Source of the DNA: a virus | DNA length: 34,876 nucleotides | UHGV virus genome: UHGV-0134942 | Strand: one strand, 5' to 3' | Part shown: positions 1 to 8,540 of the stretch, in pieces | How the letters are laid out: every line of letters starts with the position of its first letter | How positions within the stretch are numbered: the first letter of the stretch is position 1 | Made by a program: the position numbers and the translations under genes | Notes under the pieces: model-generated | The model's database searches: none | What the model was told of the DNA's origin: nothing | Seen by the model: only the letters and a program-made list of their open reading frames with translations

Positions 1-193
1 CTCGTTGTGGAGAATAACAAAAATGGTCATCTGGAGCTTACAGGTGGCCATTCGTGGGACAGTATCCCTGACAGCCTACAAAACGCAATTGAAGAACGCG
101 AGGCATCGTCTTAACGAGGCACCGAGGAGTCGCATTCTTCAGATGGTTCAACCCTTAAGTTAGCGCTTATGGGATCTCTCCCCGCCAGGTCTC

Positions 194-349
194 TTACCTT
201 TCAGATTCGTAGGCTGTGAAGACAGTGACCTCCGTCTGGCCGGTTCGGATTCGTACCTCGCAGAGGTCTTTCCTCGTTACCAGTGCCGTCACAATGACGG
301 TTAAACAGATGACGATCAGAGCGATTAATATCGCTTTTTGCTGCTTCAT
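194..349 (-). CDS. hok: Hok/Gef-family type I toxin (51 aa), not in the supplied ORF track because it is under 60 aa
   Basis: Manual minus-strand translation gives MKQQKAILIALIVICLTVIVTALVTRKDLCEVRIRTGQTEVTVFTAYESER, which matches the Hok/Gef family (single TM helix, conserved RKDLCEV and TEVxVFTAYES motifs). AAGGAG Shine-Dalgarno lies 9 nt upstream of the ATG at 349. Confidence 0.8.
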   Translation of the reverse strand: MKQQKAILIALIVICLTVIVTALVTRKDLCEVRIRTGQTEVTVFTAYESER

Positions 350-407
350 AGCCTGCTTCTCCTTGACCTTTTGGTCGGTAAGAGGCTAATCTACGTATGC
401 TAAGCAT
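201..407 (-). CDS. Mok-like overlapping reading frame (modulator of killing) covering hok in another frame
   Basis: 68-aa ORF from the track overlaps the hok CDS out of frame and ends 7 nt downstream of the hok stop, as in hok/mok/sok loci. GAGG lies about 8 nt upstream of its ATG. The protein sequence itself is not diagnostic. Confidence 0.35.
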   Translation of the reverse strand: MLSIRRLASYRPKGQGEAGYEAAKSDINRSDRHLFNRHCDGTGNEERPLRGTNPNRPDGGHCLHSLRI

Positions 408-530
408 AGATATTGCCTCAGATTAATGTTAAGCGTCTTGCAGGACGCGTAATGTTATCTGGGGCTTTCTTCTATCTGCTTTTCGGGTAATGCCTGAAGC
501 AGATAGCCTCAAGCACCCGCAACGATTGTA

Positions 531-776
531 TCAATGTCTGGCTTTTTTTCTATAGAAATCACCTGGAAGGGTGAATATCCACATCAGAAGAAATGTTGCA
601 GCAAACATGATCCCTAATGGCCAGACCGCGCCAAAGAAAATCCATACTAAGATCTCCTCTGCTTGTTCTTTGCGGTCGATATCGACAAGCATTTTTCGGC
701 TGATCATGTATACACAGAAGCCAATACAAACATATCCTGCAAAAGCGATCGCTAACTGTAAAAAATCAGATTGCAT
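531..776 (-). CDS. Small two-helix membrane protein (81 aa), function unknown
   Basis: Track ORF 531..857; the internal ATG at 776 has a GAGG Shine-Dalgarno 7-10 nt upstream and avoids overlap with the upstream gene's 3' end. Two hydrophobic stretches (LAIAFAGYVCIGFCVYMI and ILVWIFFGAVWPLGIMFAATFLLMWIF). Confidence 0.4.
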   Translation of the reverse strand: MQSDFLQLAIAFAGYVCIGFCVYMISRKMLVDIDRKEQAEEILVWIFFGAVWPLGIMFAATFLLMWIFTLPGDFYRKKARH

Positions 777-826
777 CTCCGACCTCAAACTGAAAACGCC
801 AGGTGACTCCAGATTAGAGCAATCTA

Positions 827-1672
827 TCACCCTCTGAATCCTGCCGGTATACCCCATTGTTCGTTATCTTTATTTTTGGCTAAAACCGCATTAAGAGCTT
901 CGTTTACCGTCATGCAATGCGGCAGATTATCGAAGTTTGATATCCCGCCAATATCAGGAGAACGCTTGTCCTTCAGGTAAGCATGTTTCCGCGCTGCCGC
1001 CTCTACTTTCTGCTTGAACTCATGTTTTTGAGCGCGTTTTTTGGATAACCGCAGATTGTCAGCCTTTGCTTTTGCCTCAGCGATCCATGAAGTCAATTTT
1101 TTGAGTCTGGTCGTTCCGGCACCGCCGGAAACTGATCTTTTTGTTTTTTTAACTTGTGACTTCTTATTCTTTATTGCCACGTCATCCTGACAGGGGGAGG
1201 GGGTATCATTTTGACATGGGGGTGTGGATAAAAAATTAAATAAAGCCAATGTCTTAGCGAGAACAGCTTTAACCTTGGTTGCCGCTGAAGAGATCTTTAA
1301 TTTGCTTTCAATCAGCGCATTTTTGGCTTGTTGTGCGAAGGCCAAAAAGGATGGTGTAAACCGGTACAGGTTAGCGCGACGTTCACGGTGATCGCCGATA
1401 ACAATCTCTACAGACAGAATTCCTTTGTTTACAGCTTCACGGAATGCACGAACGACGGTTGATTGGCTATAACCAGTTTCTGCCGCGATCAGGCGGTGAG
1501 GCTTGTGAATGAAGTATTCACTGGTTGTTGCCGCGAGATTTGCACATTGCGACAGGATATGCCCGGCGCTACGGGATAGACCGGAGTGTGTTACAAAGCA
1601 GGCCAATTCATAGCCAGAAAAAGTAAAATCGCTCATCGTTATACAGCTCAGGAAAGTGACTTTAGCCAGCAT
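827..1672 (-). CDS. repL: RepL-like lytic replication initiator with helix-turn-helix (281 aa)
   Basis: Track ORF; HTH-like segment IAAETGYSQSTVVRAFREAVNKGILS. Sits directly downstream of the KilA-N gene, as in the P1 kilA-repL lytic replicon. Name is by synteny and size from memory, not a search. Confidence 0.6.
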   Translation of the reverse strand: MLAKVTFLSCITMSDFTFSGYELACFVTHSGLSRSAGHILSQCANLAATTSEYFIHKPHRLIAAETGYSQSTVVRAFREAVNKGILSVEIVIGDHRERRANLYRFTPSFLAFAQQAKNALIESKLKISSAATKVKAVLAKTLALFNFLSTPPCQNDTPSPCQDDVAIKNKKSQVKKTKRSVSGGAGTTRLKKLTSWIAEAKAKADNLRLSKKRAQKHEFKQKVEAAARKHAYLKDKRSPDIGGISNFDNLPHCMTVNEALNAVLAKNKDNEQWGIPAGFRG

Positions 1673-1701
1673 TACAATGCTGGTGGTTCTTACTACGTCT
1701 G

Positions 1702-2502
1702 TTAGCGCGTCGCCGCGACAGGCACCAGCACACCAGCATCAAGCAATCGCTTCATAAGCCACTGCTGACCTTTGCCGGTTATACGAGTCGTGAAAGAAAT
1801 CCTGCTTCCATTGCTTGTATCGATCACGGTTTCTTTAAGGGTGAAATACCTACGGGATATGTATTCTTGTTTGGGGACGTTCCTGCGTTCACCGGTTGCG
1901 ATCAGAATTCCGTTATCACGCAACCAGGTGAAGAGATAGTTTTGGCCCAGGCCGAGCACTTTGGCATAGTTGCCGATTAGAACCCCGCTGGCGGTAGCAA
2001 CGCGTTCGGCGAATTCGACTTTAGGTGCATCCATAAGCATTTTTTGCTCCAGCCGTTGCTTTTGCTCTGCCAGGTCGGCAGCCAAACGGAGAGCTTCAGG
2101 GAGACTCTGCGGAATAGCAGGTTGTAATCTTCCAGCTCGATAGTCGATAAATGTCTGGTTTACCTTCAGCCGAAACGCGGGAGAAATCCAGCCTGCGTAC
2201 TCCACAGCGAGCAATTCATGGGCAAAAGTGCCGCCGCCACGGCCTTCGAACGAAACTATGCAATTCTGCATAGTTTCTTTTTCAAGCTCTTCGATGAGCT
2301 GTTTAGCTGACAGCGTTCTTAGCCATTGAGCTGGCGCTTTATGGGCACCGAGTCCGCTCGCTCTGTGTAGAGCATTAAGGTTGTAACGGCCAGCGCGGTC
2401 GGTCGTAATTTCAACACCACAAATAACGGGCAGAGTGGTTGAAGGATCGACATTTTGATGAAGGTTTGATATATTCATATCCGCATTGAATGTTTGTTGC
2501 AT
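1702..2502 (-). CDS. kilA: KilA-like protein: N-terminal KilA-N-type domain plus C-terminal antirepressor (KilA-C/Ant) domain (266 aa)
   Basis: Track ORF; GGAG Shine-Dalgarno 7 nt before the ATG at 2502. C-terminal half is clearly paralogous to the C-terminus of the next gene (shared PEALRLAA-LAEQK, APKV-FA-RV, LIGN-AKV-GL, W-NGIL, YF..KE, TGKGQQWL motifs). Confidence 0.7.
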   Translation of the reverse strand: MQQTFNADMNISNLHQNVDPSTTLPVICGVEITTDRAGRYNLNALHRASGLGAHKAPAQWLRTLSAKQLIEELEKETMQNCIVSFEGRGGGTFAHELLAVEYAGWISPAFRLKVNQTFIDYRAGRLQPAIPQSLPEALRLAADLAEQKQRLEQKMLMDAPKVEFAERVATASGVLIGNYAKVLGLGQNYLFTWLRDNGILIATGERRNVPKQEYISRRYFTLKETVIDTSNGSRISFTTRITGKGQQWLMKRLLDAGVLVPVAATR

Positions 2503-2571
2503 TTTTTCTCCAAATTTGCATCAACCTTCAATCACCAGCTCGAAATGGTGATTCTTTGCACTTAGAAAACG

Positions 2572-2588
2572 AAATTTATTAGAGCAAA
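2572..2588 (-). promoter_or_regulatory. C1-repressor operator-like 17-mer in the ant/kilA intergenic region (P53-like position)
   Basis: Minus strand reads TTTGCTCTAATAAATTT, 16/17 identical to the P1 C1 operator consensus ATTGCTCTAATAAATTT as recalled from memory; located about 70 nt upstream of the kilA start. Confidence 0.5.
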
Positions 2589-2665
2589 TTTTTCTGACTC
2601 GATCCAGATCGGGTTGGACGATCTGCTCAGAAACCTGCCAGTTTGCTGGCAGGTTTTTTCTTTTG

Positions 2666-3331
2666 TTAACCTATTGCTACTGGTTTTAACAAACCAGCAT
2701 CAAGTAGCTTGCGAGTTAACCACTGCTGGCCTTTACCCGTTAATTGGGGCGTCAGCCGTATCTGGTAGCCATTTTCATCATCCAGCACCACTTCTTTCAC
2801 CGTGAAATACCCGGCGTTGATGTACTGTTGGCGCGGTACGTTTTTGCGCGCACCAAAAGCCATGAGAATGCCGTTCTGGCGCAACCATGAGAAAAGGGCG
2901 TTTTGCTTAAGTCCAACGACCTTTGCAAAGTTCCCGATCAGGATTCCATTAGCCGCTGATACCCGGTCGGCAAAATCGACTTTAGGGGCTGCGGCCACCA
3001 GCTGTTGTTCCAACTGCATTTTCTGTTCTGCTAACTCGGCAGCCAGGCGTAGAGCTTCTGGTAATGTTTGGGGGATCGATGGGGCAGGGGAGTTTGCCTG
3101 CTGTAATTCTTCCAGTTTGTCGATCAGCGAACGGCGGACCGCTTTTGACTCGCGCGCGGCAACTCGCAGGGCTTGTTTGTAGGTCATGGTTATAATATCT
3201 ATTTCTGCGCCGTTTTTTTGACCTACGAAAATTTCGTAGGTTTCTCCTTCAAGCTCATCCTTAACTCTGGCAATGAAATCATTGTTGCGAACTGGTTTTT
3301 CGCTACATAATTTCCGTGCCTCATTGACCAT
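2666..3331 (-). CDS. ant: Antirepressor (Ant-like, KilA-C-type C-terminal domain); frame runs open upstream to the IS1 boundary, so likely a 5'-truncated ant1 / Ant2-like remnant
   Basis: Track ORF 2666..3340; first ATG at 3331 (MVNEARKL...). Manual translation shows the same frame has no stop from 3332 to 3433, the base adjacent to IS1. C-terminal domain is paralogous to the kilA product. Confidence 0.6.
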   Translation of the reverse strand: MVNEARKLCSEKPVRNNDFIARVKDELEGETYEIFVGQKNGAEIDIITMTYKQALRVAARESKAVRRSLIDKLEELQQANSPAPSIPQTLPEALRLAAELAEQKMQLEQQLVAAAPKVDFADRVSAANGILIGNFAKVVGLKQNALFSWLRQNGILMAFGARKNVPRQQYINAGYFTVKEVVLDDENGYQIRLTPQLTGKGQQWLTRKLLDAGLLKPVAIG

Positions 3332-3488
3332 CTTCAACAATGTTTGGCTGTCGATTGTGTCTCCGGTGTTGGGGATGACATTCAGGGCTGGTGCTGGCGT
3401 AGCTGAAGCAACAGGTGCTGGTTTTTCAACATTGGTGATGCTGCCAACTTACTGATTTAGTGTATGATGGTGTTTTTGAGGTGCTCCA

Positions 3489-3764
3489 GTGGCTTCTGTT
3501 TCTATCAGCTGTCCCTCCTGTTCAGCTACTGACGGGGTGGTGCGTAACGGCAAAAGCACTGCCGGACATCAGCGCTATCTCTGCTCTCACTGCCGTAAAA
3601 CATGGCAACTGCAGTTCACTTACACCGCTTCTCAACCCGGTACGCACCAGAAAATCATTGATATGGCCATGAATGGCGTTGGATGCCGGGCAACCGCCCG
3701 CATTATGGGCGTTGGCCTCAACACGATTTTCCGCCATTTAAAAAACTCAGGCCGCAGTCGGTAA
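3489..3764 (+). CDS. insA: IS1 InsA (91 aa)
   Basis: Protein [43 protein letters not shown]... is the canonical IS1 InsA. Confidence 0.95.
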   Translation: MASVSISCPSCSATDGVVRNGKSTAGHQRYLCSHCRKTWQLQFTYTASQPGTHQKIIDMAMNGVGCRATARIMGVGLNTIFRHLKNSGRSR

Positions 3765-4186
3765 CCTCGCGCATACAGCCGGGCAGTGACGTCATCGTCT
3801 GCGCGGAAATGGACGAACAGTGGGGCTACGTCGGTGCTAAATCACGTCAGCGCTGGCTGTTTTACGCGTATGACAGGATACGGAGGACAGTTGTGGCGCA
3901 CGTTTTCGGTGAACGCACTCTGGCCACACTGGAGCGTCTTCTGAGCCTGCTGTCGGCCTTTGAGGTCGTGGTATGGATGACGGATGGCTGGCCGCTGTAT
4001 GAATCACGCCTGAAGGGAAAGCTGCACGTTATCAGCAAGCGTTACACTCAGCGCATTGAGCGACATAATCTGAATCTGAGACAACATCTGGCAAGGCTGG
4101 GACGGAAGTCGCTGTCGTTCTCAAAATCGGTGGAGCTGCATGACAAGGTCATCGGGCATTATCTGAACATAAAACACTATCAGTAA
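3683..4186 (+). CDS. insB: IS1 InsB reading frame (B'); the InsAB' transposase is made by a -1 frameshift from insA
   Basis: 167-aa ORF with the canonical IS1 InsB sequence (…[54 protein letters not shown]…). Confidence 0.9.
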   Translation: MPGNRPHYGRWPQHDFPPFKKLRPQSVTSRIQPGSDVIVCAEMDEQWGYVGAKSRQRWLFYAYDRIRRTVVAHVFGERTLATLERLLSLLSAFEVVVWMTDGWPLYESRLKGKLHVISKRYTQRIERHNLNLRQHLARLGRKSLSFSKSVELHDKVIGHYLNIKHYQ

Positions 4187-4203
4187 GTTGGAGTCACTAC
4201 CTT

Positions 4204-5394
4204 GGATCTGAAGGTAAGGCAAATCTCGATAAGTTGGCTCCGTATTTTGCTGAACTAGAGAATAAATATGGTCTTCCAGAAGGCACTCTTTACGCGATTG
4301 CTGCAACTGAATCTGGTGGTAATCCGTATGCAAAATCCCAAACCGGTGCTCTGGGAATGTTTCAGTTCACGGGGATTGCTCGTGAAGAGACTGGCTTAGC
4401 TGAAGGTGAATCGTTTGATCCTGTGAAATCGGCAGAAGCTGCGGCTCTTCTCATGAGCAAGTATCTGAAGCAAGCCAATGGAGACTTAAACGAGGCCATC
4501 ACTGCATATAACGCTGGGTTTGGCACTATCAATAAGTGGAAAAAAGGCACAGGTGACTTATCGAAAGAAAACCGTGAGTACGCGATCAAGGTCAATACTC
4601 ATCGTGCTCGCTATTTAGGTGGTGAAATCTATACACCTGGAGCAGGAGCACAGGGTGGGGCGCAATATGGAGTGAGGGGACCACTGCCTGATAACGCTGT
4701 TATCGATCAGTCTACTGGCCTGGCGTTTACCCCTAGTGATAGCCCGTTTGAGAAAGGCGGTCTGGTAGACAAAATCGGCAATGCTGTTGGCGTTAACGAT
4801 CTGGTCAACAAATTCATGAATGGCCGGGGTATGCGTCGGGAAGTCGTTCAGGGAACGCTCGAAGAACGTGCACGAGGGAAGGGGACCGCAACAGCAGCTG
4901 GCAATGTGTATGTTGATACTCCGATGCCAGTTGAAGAGGCGCGTCCGGTGACCAGCAACTCAAGTTACTTTGACCAACTCGGCGCACAAATGGGGATTGA
5001 TGGACTATTCGATAAACTCCGCAACTCGCCGGGGATGCGGAAAAATAATGCGCCTGAACCAGCCTCCACGTCCCAGGTGACGACTGCCGCCAACGATTTG
5101 CAGCAACCAACCGGTCGTATGCAGATAGACGGACAGGTTATTAGTGACCTTGGTGGTTCCGGTGCCAAGCCGACAATGCAGTTGGCTGATAATACCGTTT
5201 CACTTGATGGTGAAACGAAGCGGCTGTTTGCGCAGATGACCTCATTACTTGCCAGGATTGAAGAGCACACCAAAGACTCGGCGAAAGGCCAGGGAACTGT
5301 CGTAAAGGTCAGCACGCCTCAGCCGGGCGTTATGCGCACGGTACCACTGTCAATTGATGATCCGTTGATGAATGACTACGCGAGAGTTGATTGA
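4204..5394 (+). pseudogene. sit: 5'-truncated sit-like structural injection transglycosylase (C-terminal about 396 codons, lytic transglycosylase domain)
   Basis: Reading frame is open from the first in-frame codon after IS1 (4204); the track only finds a TTG start at 4234. SLT-domain motifs ATESGGNPYAKSQTGALGMFQF and AYNAG are present. Followed by pmgA/bplA-like genes as in P1. Confidence 0.65.
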
Positions 5395-5750
5395 TGGCCA
5401 ACAATAACGAAATTGATCCTTTGCTGACGCTGGAGTTATCCGGCGTAAAAACGTATGAGTCCCAGGAGGAGGCCTGGGGCGCTCGTTTATATGAGTGGCT
5501 AAACACTTATCAGGGTGAGGTATACGGAGATCCGTCATGGGGCAATGTTTTACCGCAGTTTAAACACGAACCGACCAACTTGTCGCATGTTCAAATTGCG
5601 GTTGAGGCAATGCTGTTGCAAAAACTGACGGTAGATTTATCTGACATACCGATTTCTGGCTTGTCAGTAGCCGAGGGAGATGCTTTTGATAAGTTGAAAA
5701 TATCCATTCGTATCAGGGATATAACTATCACACAGGACGTGGTGCTATGA
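5394..5750 (+). CDS. pmgA: Putative tail/baseplate morphogenesis protein (118 aa)
   Basis: Track ORF; ATG at 5394 overlaps the upstream stop (translational coupling). Name by synteny only. Confidence 0.45.
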   Translation: MANNNEIDPLLTLELSGVKTYESQEEAWGARLYEWLNTYQGEVYGDPSWGNVLPQFKHEPTNLSHVQIAVEAMLLQKLTVDLSDIPISGLSVAEGDAFDKLKISIRIRDITITQDVVL

Positions 5751-7180
5751 GTAAAACAACACCGACTAAAGACAGTATTCGTGCAGAGTTTGAAGAGCTT
5801 GTCGAGAAAGATTCATTCTGGTCGAAGTTTGTCGGCTCTCAATTTGTCTCGATGCTGACATTGTTTATTACCCAGATTGTCTACAGGTGCTTTCAGTATG
5901 CCGATGCGGCGCTGGCTGAAGGCTTTATATCGACCGCGACGCGGCGTTCCTCTATCTTGGCAGCGGCAGAAACGAATAGTTACGTTGGTACCAAGCCAAC
6001 ACCGTCATCGGGGATGATTGAGATCACCGCCACAAGTGAAGATGCCCCAGCGGTAATCCCCAAAAACATGCCTTTAATATCTGACGACCAGTACCCTTAC
6101 ATGACTATGGATGTATGCAGGTTGGTTGACGGCACCGGTACGGTAGAAGTGGCACAGTTGGAAATCCAGGAGGTGACATATACCGTTACGGCAGCCAAAG
6201 AATTTCTGGAAGTCGTGTTATCAAAGGCTCTCACTGCTGTCTGCTATAAGCTGGAAGTATTCGTGACGACCGATGGTAAGACCACGCAGTGGTCTTCCAG
6301 CACTATGTTCCGGTTAGCCGGTAGTAAAAGCCAGGTCTACGTTGAGTTTTATAAACCATCCGAGCAGTTGGGGGTTCGATTCGGTGATGGGCTAATTGGG
6401 CAAATACCGCCAGAAGGCTCGACCATTACACTTAAGGTATGGTGCACCAACGGAGATATAACCTTGGTTGCTGGCCAAAATCTGACGCCTGTCGATTCTG
6501 CGGCTAATTTAGCTAATTTGATTTCAGTTAAGACAACGACACCCATAACCGCAGGTACCGATGCCGAAACAACGGAGATCACACGTAATCGTGCACAATA
6601 TTACCTTGCCTATGATGATCAGGTCGTATGGGGCGGGGACTATACGTATTTTCTGGTGCGTAACATCCCGGGACTGTCCTGGGTAAAGGCATGGGGCGAA
6701 GGCCAGCAAGAGAAATTAGATGGTGCTTATAATATCCGGAATATCAATAAGATATTTATTTCAGGATGGCATCCAAACAAAAGCCAGTCAGAGCTTGAAG
6801 AAATGATCCTGGCTGCCTTTAAGAAGGTGCCGAATGAGTTGAACAAGAAATTCTCGTATAAAGAGGTCAGAAAACTACCCTTTAAGATCACCATCACCGG
6901 GCGGATATCGGCAAGCCTGACCATTGAGAACGTGACTGATGAGCTGAAGTCGGCACTGGAAACAAAATTTGGGCGTGACTCAACTTTCTTTGATCCGAAC
7001 CGTGTCGGCAAGTACATCCTAATCAAGAAAAAAGACGTTTGGGCATTTATCGAAACGCTGGGTTATTTCCGCGACTTTTATCTGGAATTTGTCGAGTGGA
7101 ATGAGTCCAACGGCTTTTACGATTTCGTTTATCTGGATACAGAAAACTCCACCTTTAATATTTCGTATGAGGAGGAGTGA
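5747..7180 (+). CDS. bplA: Baseplate protein (477 aa)
   Basis: Track ORF coupled to neighbours by ATGA overlaps at both ends; position between sit and the tail fibre genes. Name by synteny. Confidence 0.5.
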   Translation: MSKTTPTKDSIRAEFEELVEKDSFWSKFVGSQFVSMLTLFITQIVYRCFQYADAALAEGFISTATRRSSILAAAETNSYVGTKPTPSSGMIEITATSEDAPAVIPKNMPLISDDQYPYMTMDVCRLVDGTGTVEVAQLEIQEVTYTVTAAKEFLEVVLSKALTAVCYKLEVFVTTDGKTTQWSSSTMFRLAGSKSQVYVEFYKPSEQLGVRFGDGLIGQIPPEGSTITLKVWCTNGDITLVAGQNLTPVDSAANLANLISVKTTTPITAGTDAETTEITRNRAQYYLAYDDQVVWGGDYTYFLVRNIPGLSWVKAWGEGQQEKLDGAYNIRNINKIFISGWHPNKSQSELEEMILAAFKKVPNELNKKFSYKEVRKLPFKITITGRISASLTIENVTDELKSALETKFGRDSTFFDPNRVGKYILIKKKDVWAFIETLGYFRDFYLEFVEWNESNGFYDFVYLDTENSTFNISYEEE

Positions 7181-8016
7181 TGCAGCGTTCCTGGTTTAAT
7201 AACCGGCTTACATCAGCTAAGCAAAAGTCATTGCTCTATAAATCATTGGCTGATTTGGTTCAGTCAATGATGGATACCTTTGTTGACCCATGGTTGGAGC
7301 GAATTACCAACCGGAAGTCTATTTTTTCCATGAGCAAGGAGGATCTGGAGACCAGGACAAATGAACTTGGCCAGTTCTTTACTATCAGAACGTCGAACTC
7401 ATCTTCCGTTCCGATGTTGTTACAACAGCGTCTTGATGAGATTCACTTTAAGGGGACTGAACGCCCTATAAACCAGACAATTTACCGCGAATTTAACGGT
7501 ATTTCTGTTTTATGGGATCCGATATATGCACCGGTGGACCTTGAGCGTCATCCCTATGGCACGGTTCTAATACCAGAAAGCACACTGGAGACTACCGGCG
7601 GCACATTCGGCGAGATGTTTCTGACTTCCAGAGGGATGATCAGTATTCCCATAAACGACCTGGCCCGGACAATGGGGATTACTGGCACGATAGATCAGTC
7701 CGCAATTACAGAAGAAATTCTCAGAAAGTTTAATCAGTTCGTAAAGCCTCTACTGCCACTGCATATAGTGTTTGATGGGCTTACGCTCTATTTGTCGGTT
7801 GTTGTAAATGAACAGGCCGACATGATCACTTTGAACGAGATTTCTGATACCGAAAAAGCATTCTGCTGGTTTGAAACTTCGGATACAACTTCGCTTACTG
7901 GAGTTACGTCGATTAGCGCCCCGATCACCGCAACGCCTGGTGGCACTATTGTGAAAGCGACACCTACGTTTGATCGCACACGCGCAGATGATTTGTTGCT
8001 GGATAGCGACGCCTGA
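7180..8016 (+). CDS. Baseplate/tail structural protein (P1 gp16-like, 278 aa)
   Basis: Track ORF 7177..8016; ATG at 7180 overlaps the bplA stop. Confidence 0.5.
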   Translation: MQRSWFNNRLTSAKQKSLLYKSLADLVQSMMDTFVDPWLERITNRKSIFSMSKEDLETRTNELGQFFTIRTSNSSSVPMLLQQRLDEIHFKGTERPINQTIYREFNGISVLWDPIYAPVDLERHPYGTVLIPESTLETTGGTFGEMFLTSRGMISIPINDLARTMGITGTIDQSAITEEILRKFNQFVKPLLPLHIVFDGLTLYLSVVVNEQADMITLNEISDTEKAFCWFETSDTTSLTGVTSISAPITATPGGTIVKATPTFDRTRADDLLLDSDA

Positions 8017-8019
8017 CAA

Positions 8020-8044
8020 TCACCCCGTCCGCAGGGCGGGGTGA
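8020..8044 (+). terminator. GC-rich stem-loop after gp16 (possible attenuator or weak terminator)
   Basis: CACCCCG(8021-8027) pairs with CGGGGTG(8037-8043); weak U-tract downstream. Confidence 0.3.
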
Positions 8045-8094
8045 CAAGTTACTTCTCTTACAATGAGGCTTCACAACATTGATTAGGGAAAATC

Positions 8095-8529
8095 ATGTCT
8101 GACGTCTCAACAAACCTCTATAAGAGTCAGTTGTTGGACTATTACTATCAGCGGCGCGCTGAATCGTCCATTAACAAAGGCTCTCGATTTTTAATCAGCA
8201 AGGCCGTTTTCGGTACCAGTTCACTGGTTACTAAGAAAGGAGATGGCACTTATGAGATTGGAGAACTGCCAAAGGCTTTCGATCTGGCAGAACTGACCAG
8301 TCAATTTTGCACCATCAACCTCGTCCCAACCTACTCAGGCGGGATAATAACTGTCCGAATGGACCTTGATCAAAGCCAGTTGCAGGAAGGGAAAAACTAC
8401 CCATTCAACACTCTGGTTGTTCTGGATAACGAGAACAAGCCAATCGCCATTATTTGTGTCCAGGAAGACTCGCTGTATGTGGGCAAAACATATACCGCAG
8501 TTATGGCCATAAACACGACTACAGCATAA
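8095..8529 (+). CDS. R: Tail fibre-associated structural protein (P1 R-like, 144 aa)
   Basis: Track ORF immediately upstream of the tail fibre gene; stop at 8527-8529. Confidence 0.45.
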   Translation: MSDVSTNLYKSQLLDYYYQRRAESSINKGSRFLISKAVFGTSSLVTKKGDGTYEIGELPKAFDLAELTSQFCTINLVPTYSGGIITVRMDLDQSQLQEGKNYPFNTLVVLDNENKPIAIICVQEDSLYVGKTYTAVMAINTTTA

Positions 8530-8540
8530 GGATATGCTTG

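Larger units (their letters stand above)
3434..4201 (+). mobile_element. IS1 insertion sequence, 768 bp, complete
   Basis: Terminal inverted repeats GGTGATGCTGCCAACTTACTGAT at 3434-3456 and its near-complement at 4179-4201; contains canonical insA and insB with the A6C frameshift motif (TTAAAAAACTC near 3737-3747). Confidence 0.95.

Noticed and set aside
2802-3182. 126-aa plus-strand ORF antisense to the ant-like gene
   Set aside because: Cys/Arg-rich translation with no Shine-Dalgarno; overlaps the conserved antirepressor C-terminal domain coding region.
3425-4210. Target-site duplication flanking IS1
   Set aside because: The 8-9 bp on each side differ (TTCAACATT versus TTGGATCTG), so there is no duplication; this is treated as evidence for an adjacent deletion.
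7232-7248. C1-operator-like 17-mer ATTGCTCTATAAATCAT inside the gp16-like gene
   Set aside because: Only 13/17 matches and it lies within coding sequence; probably coincidental.
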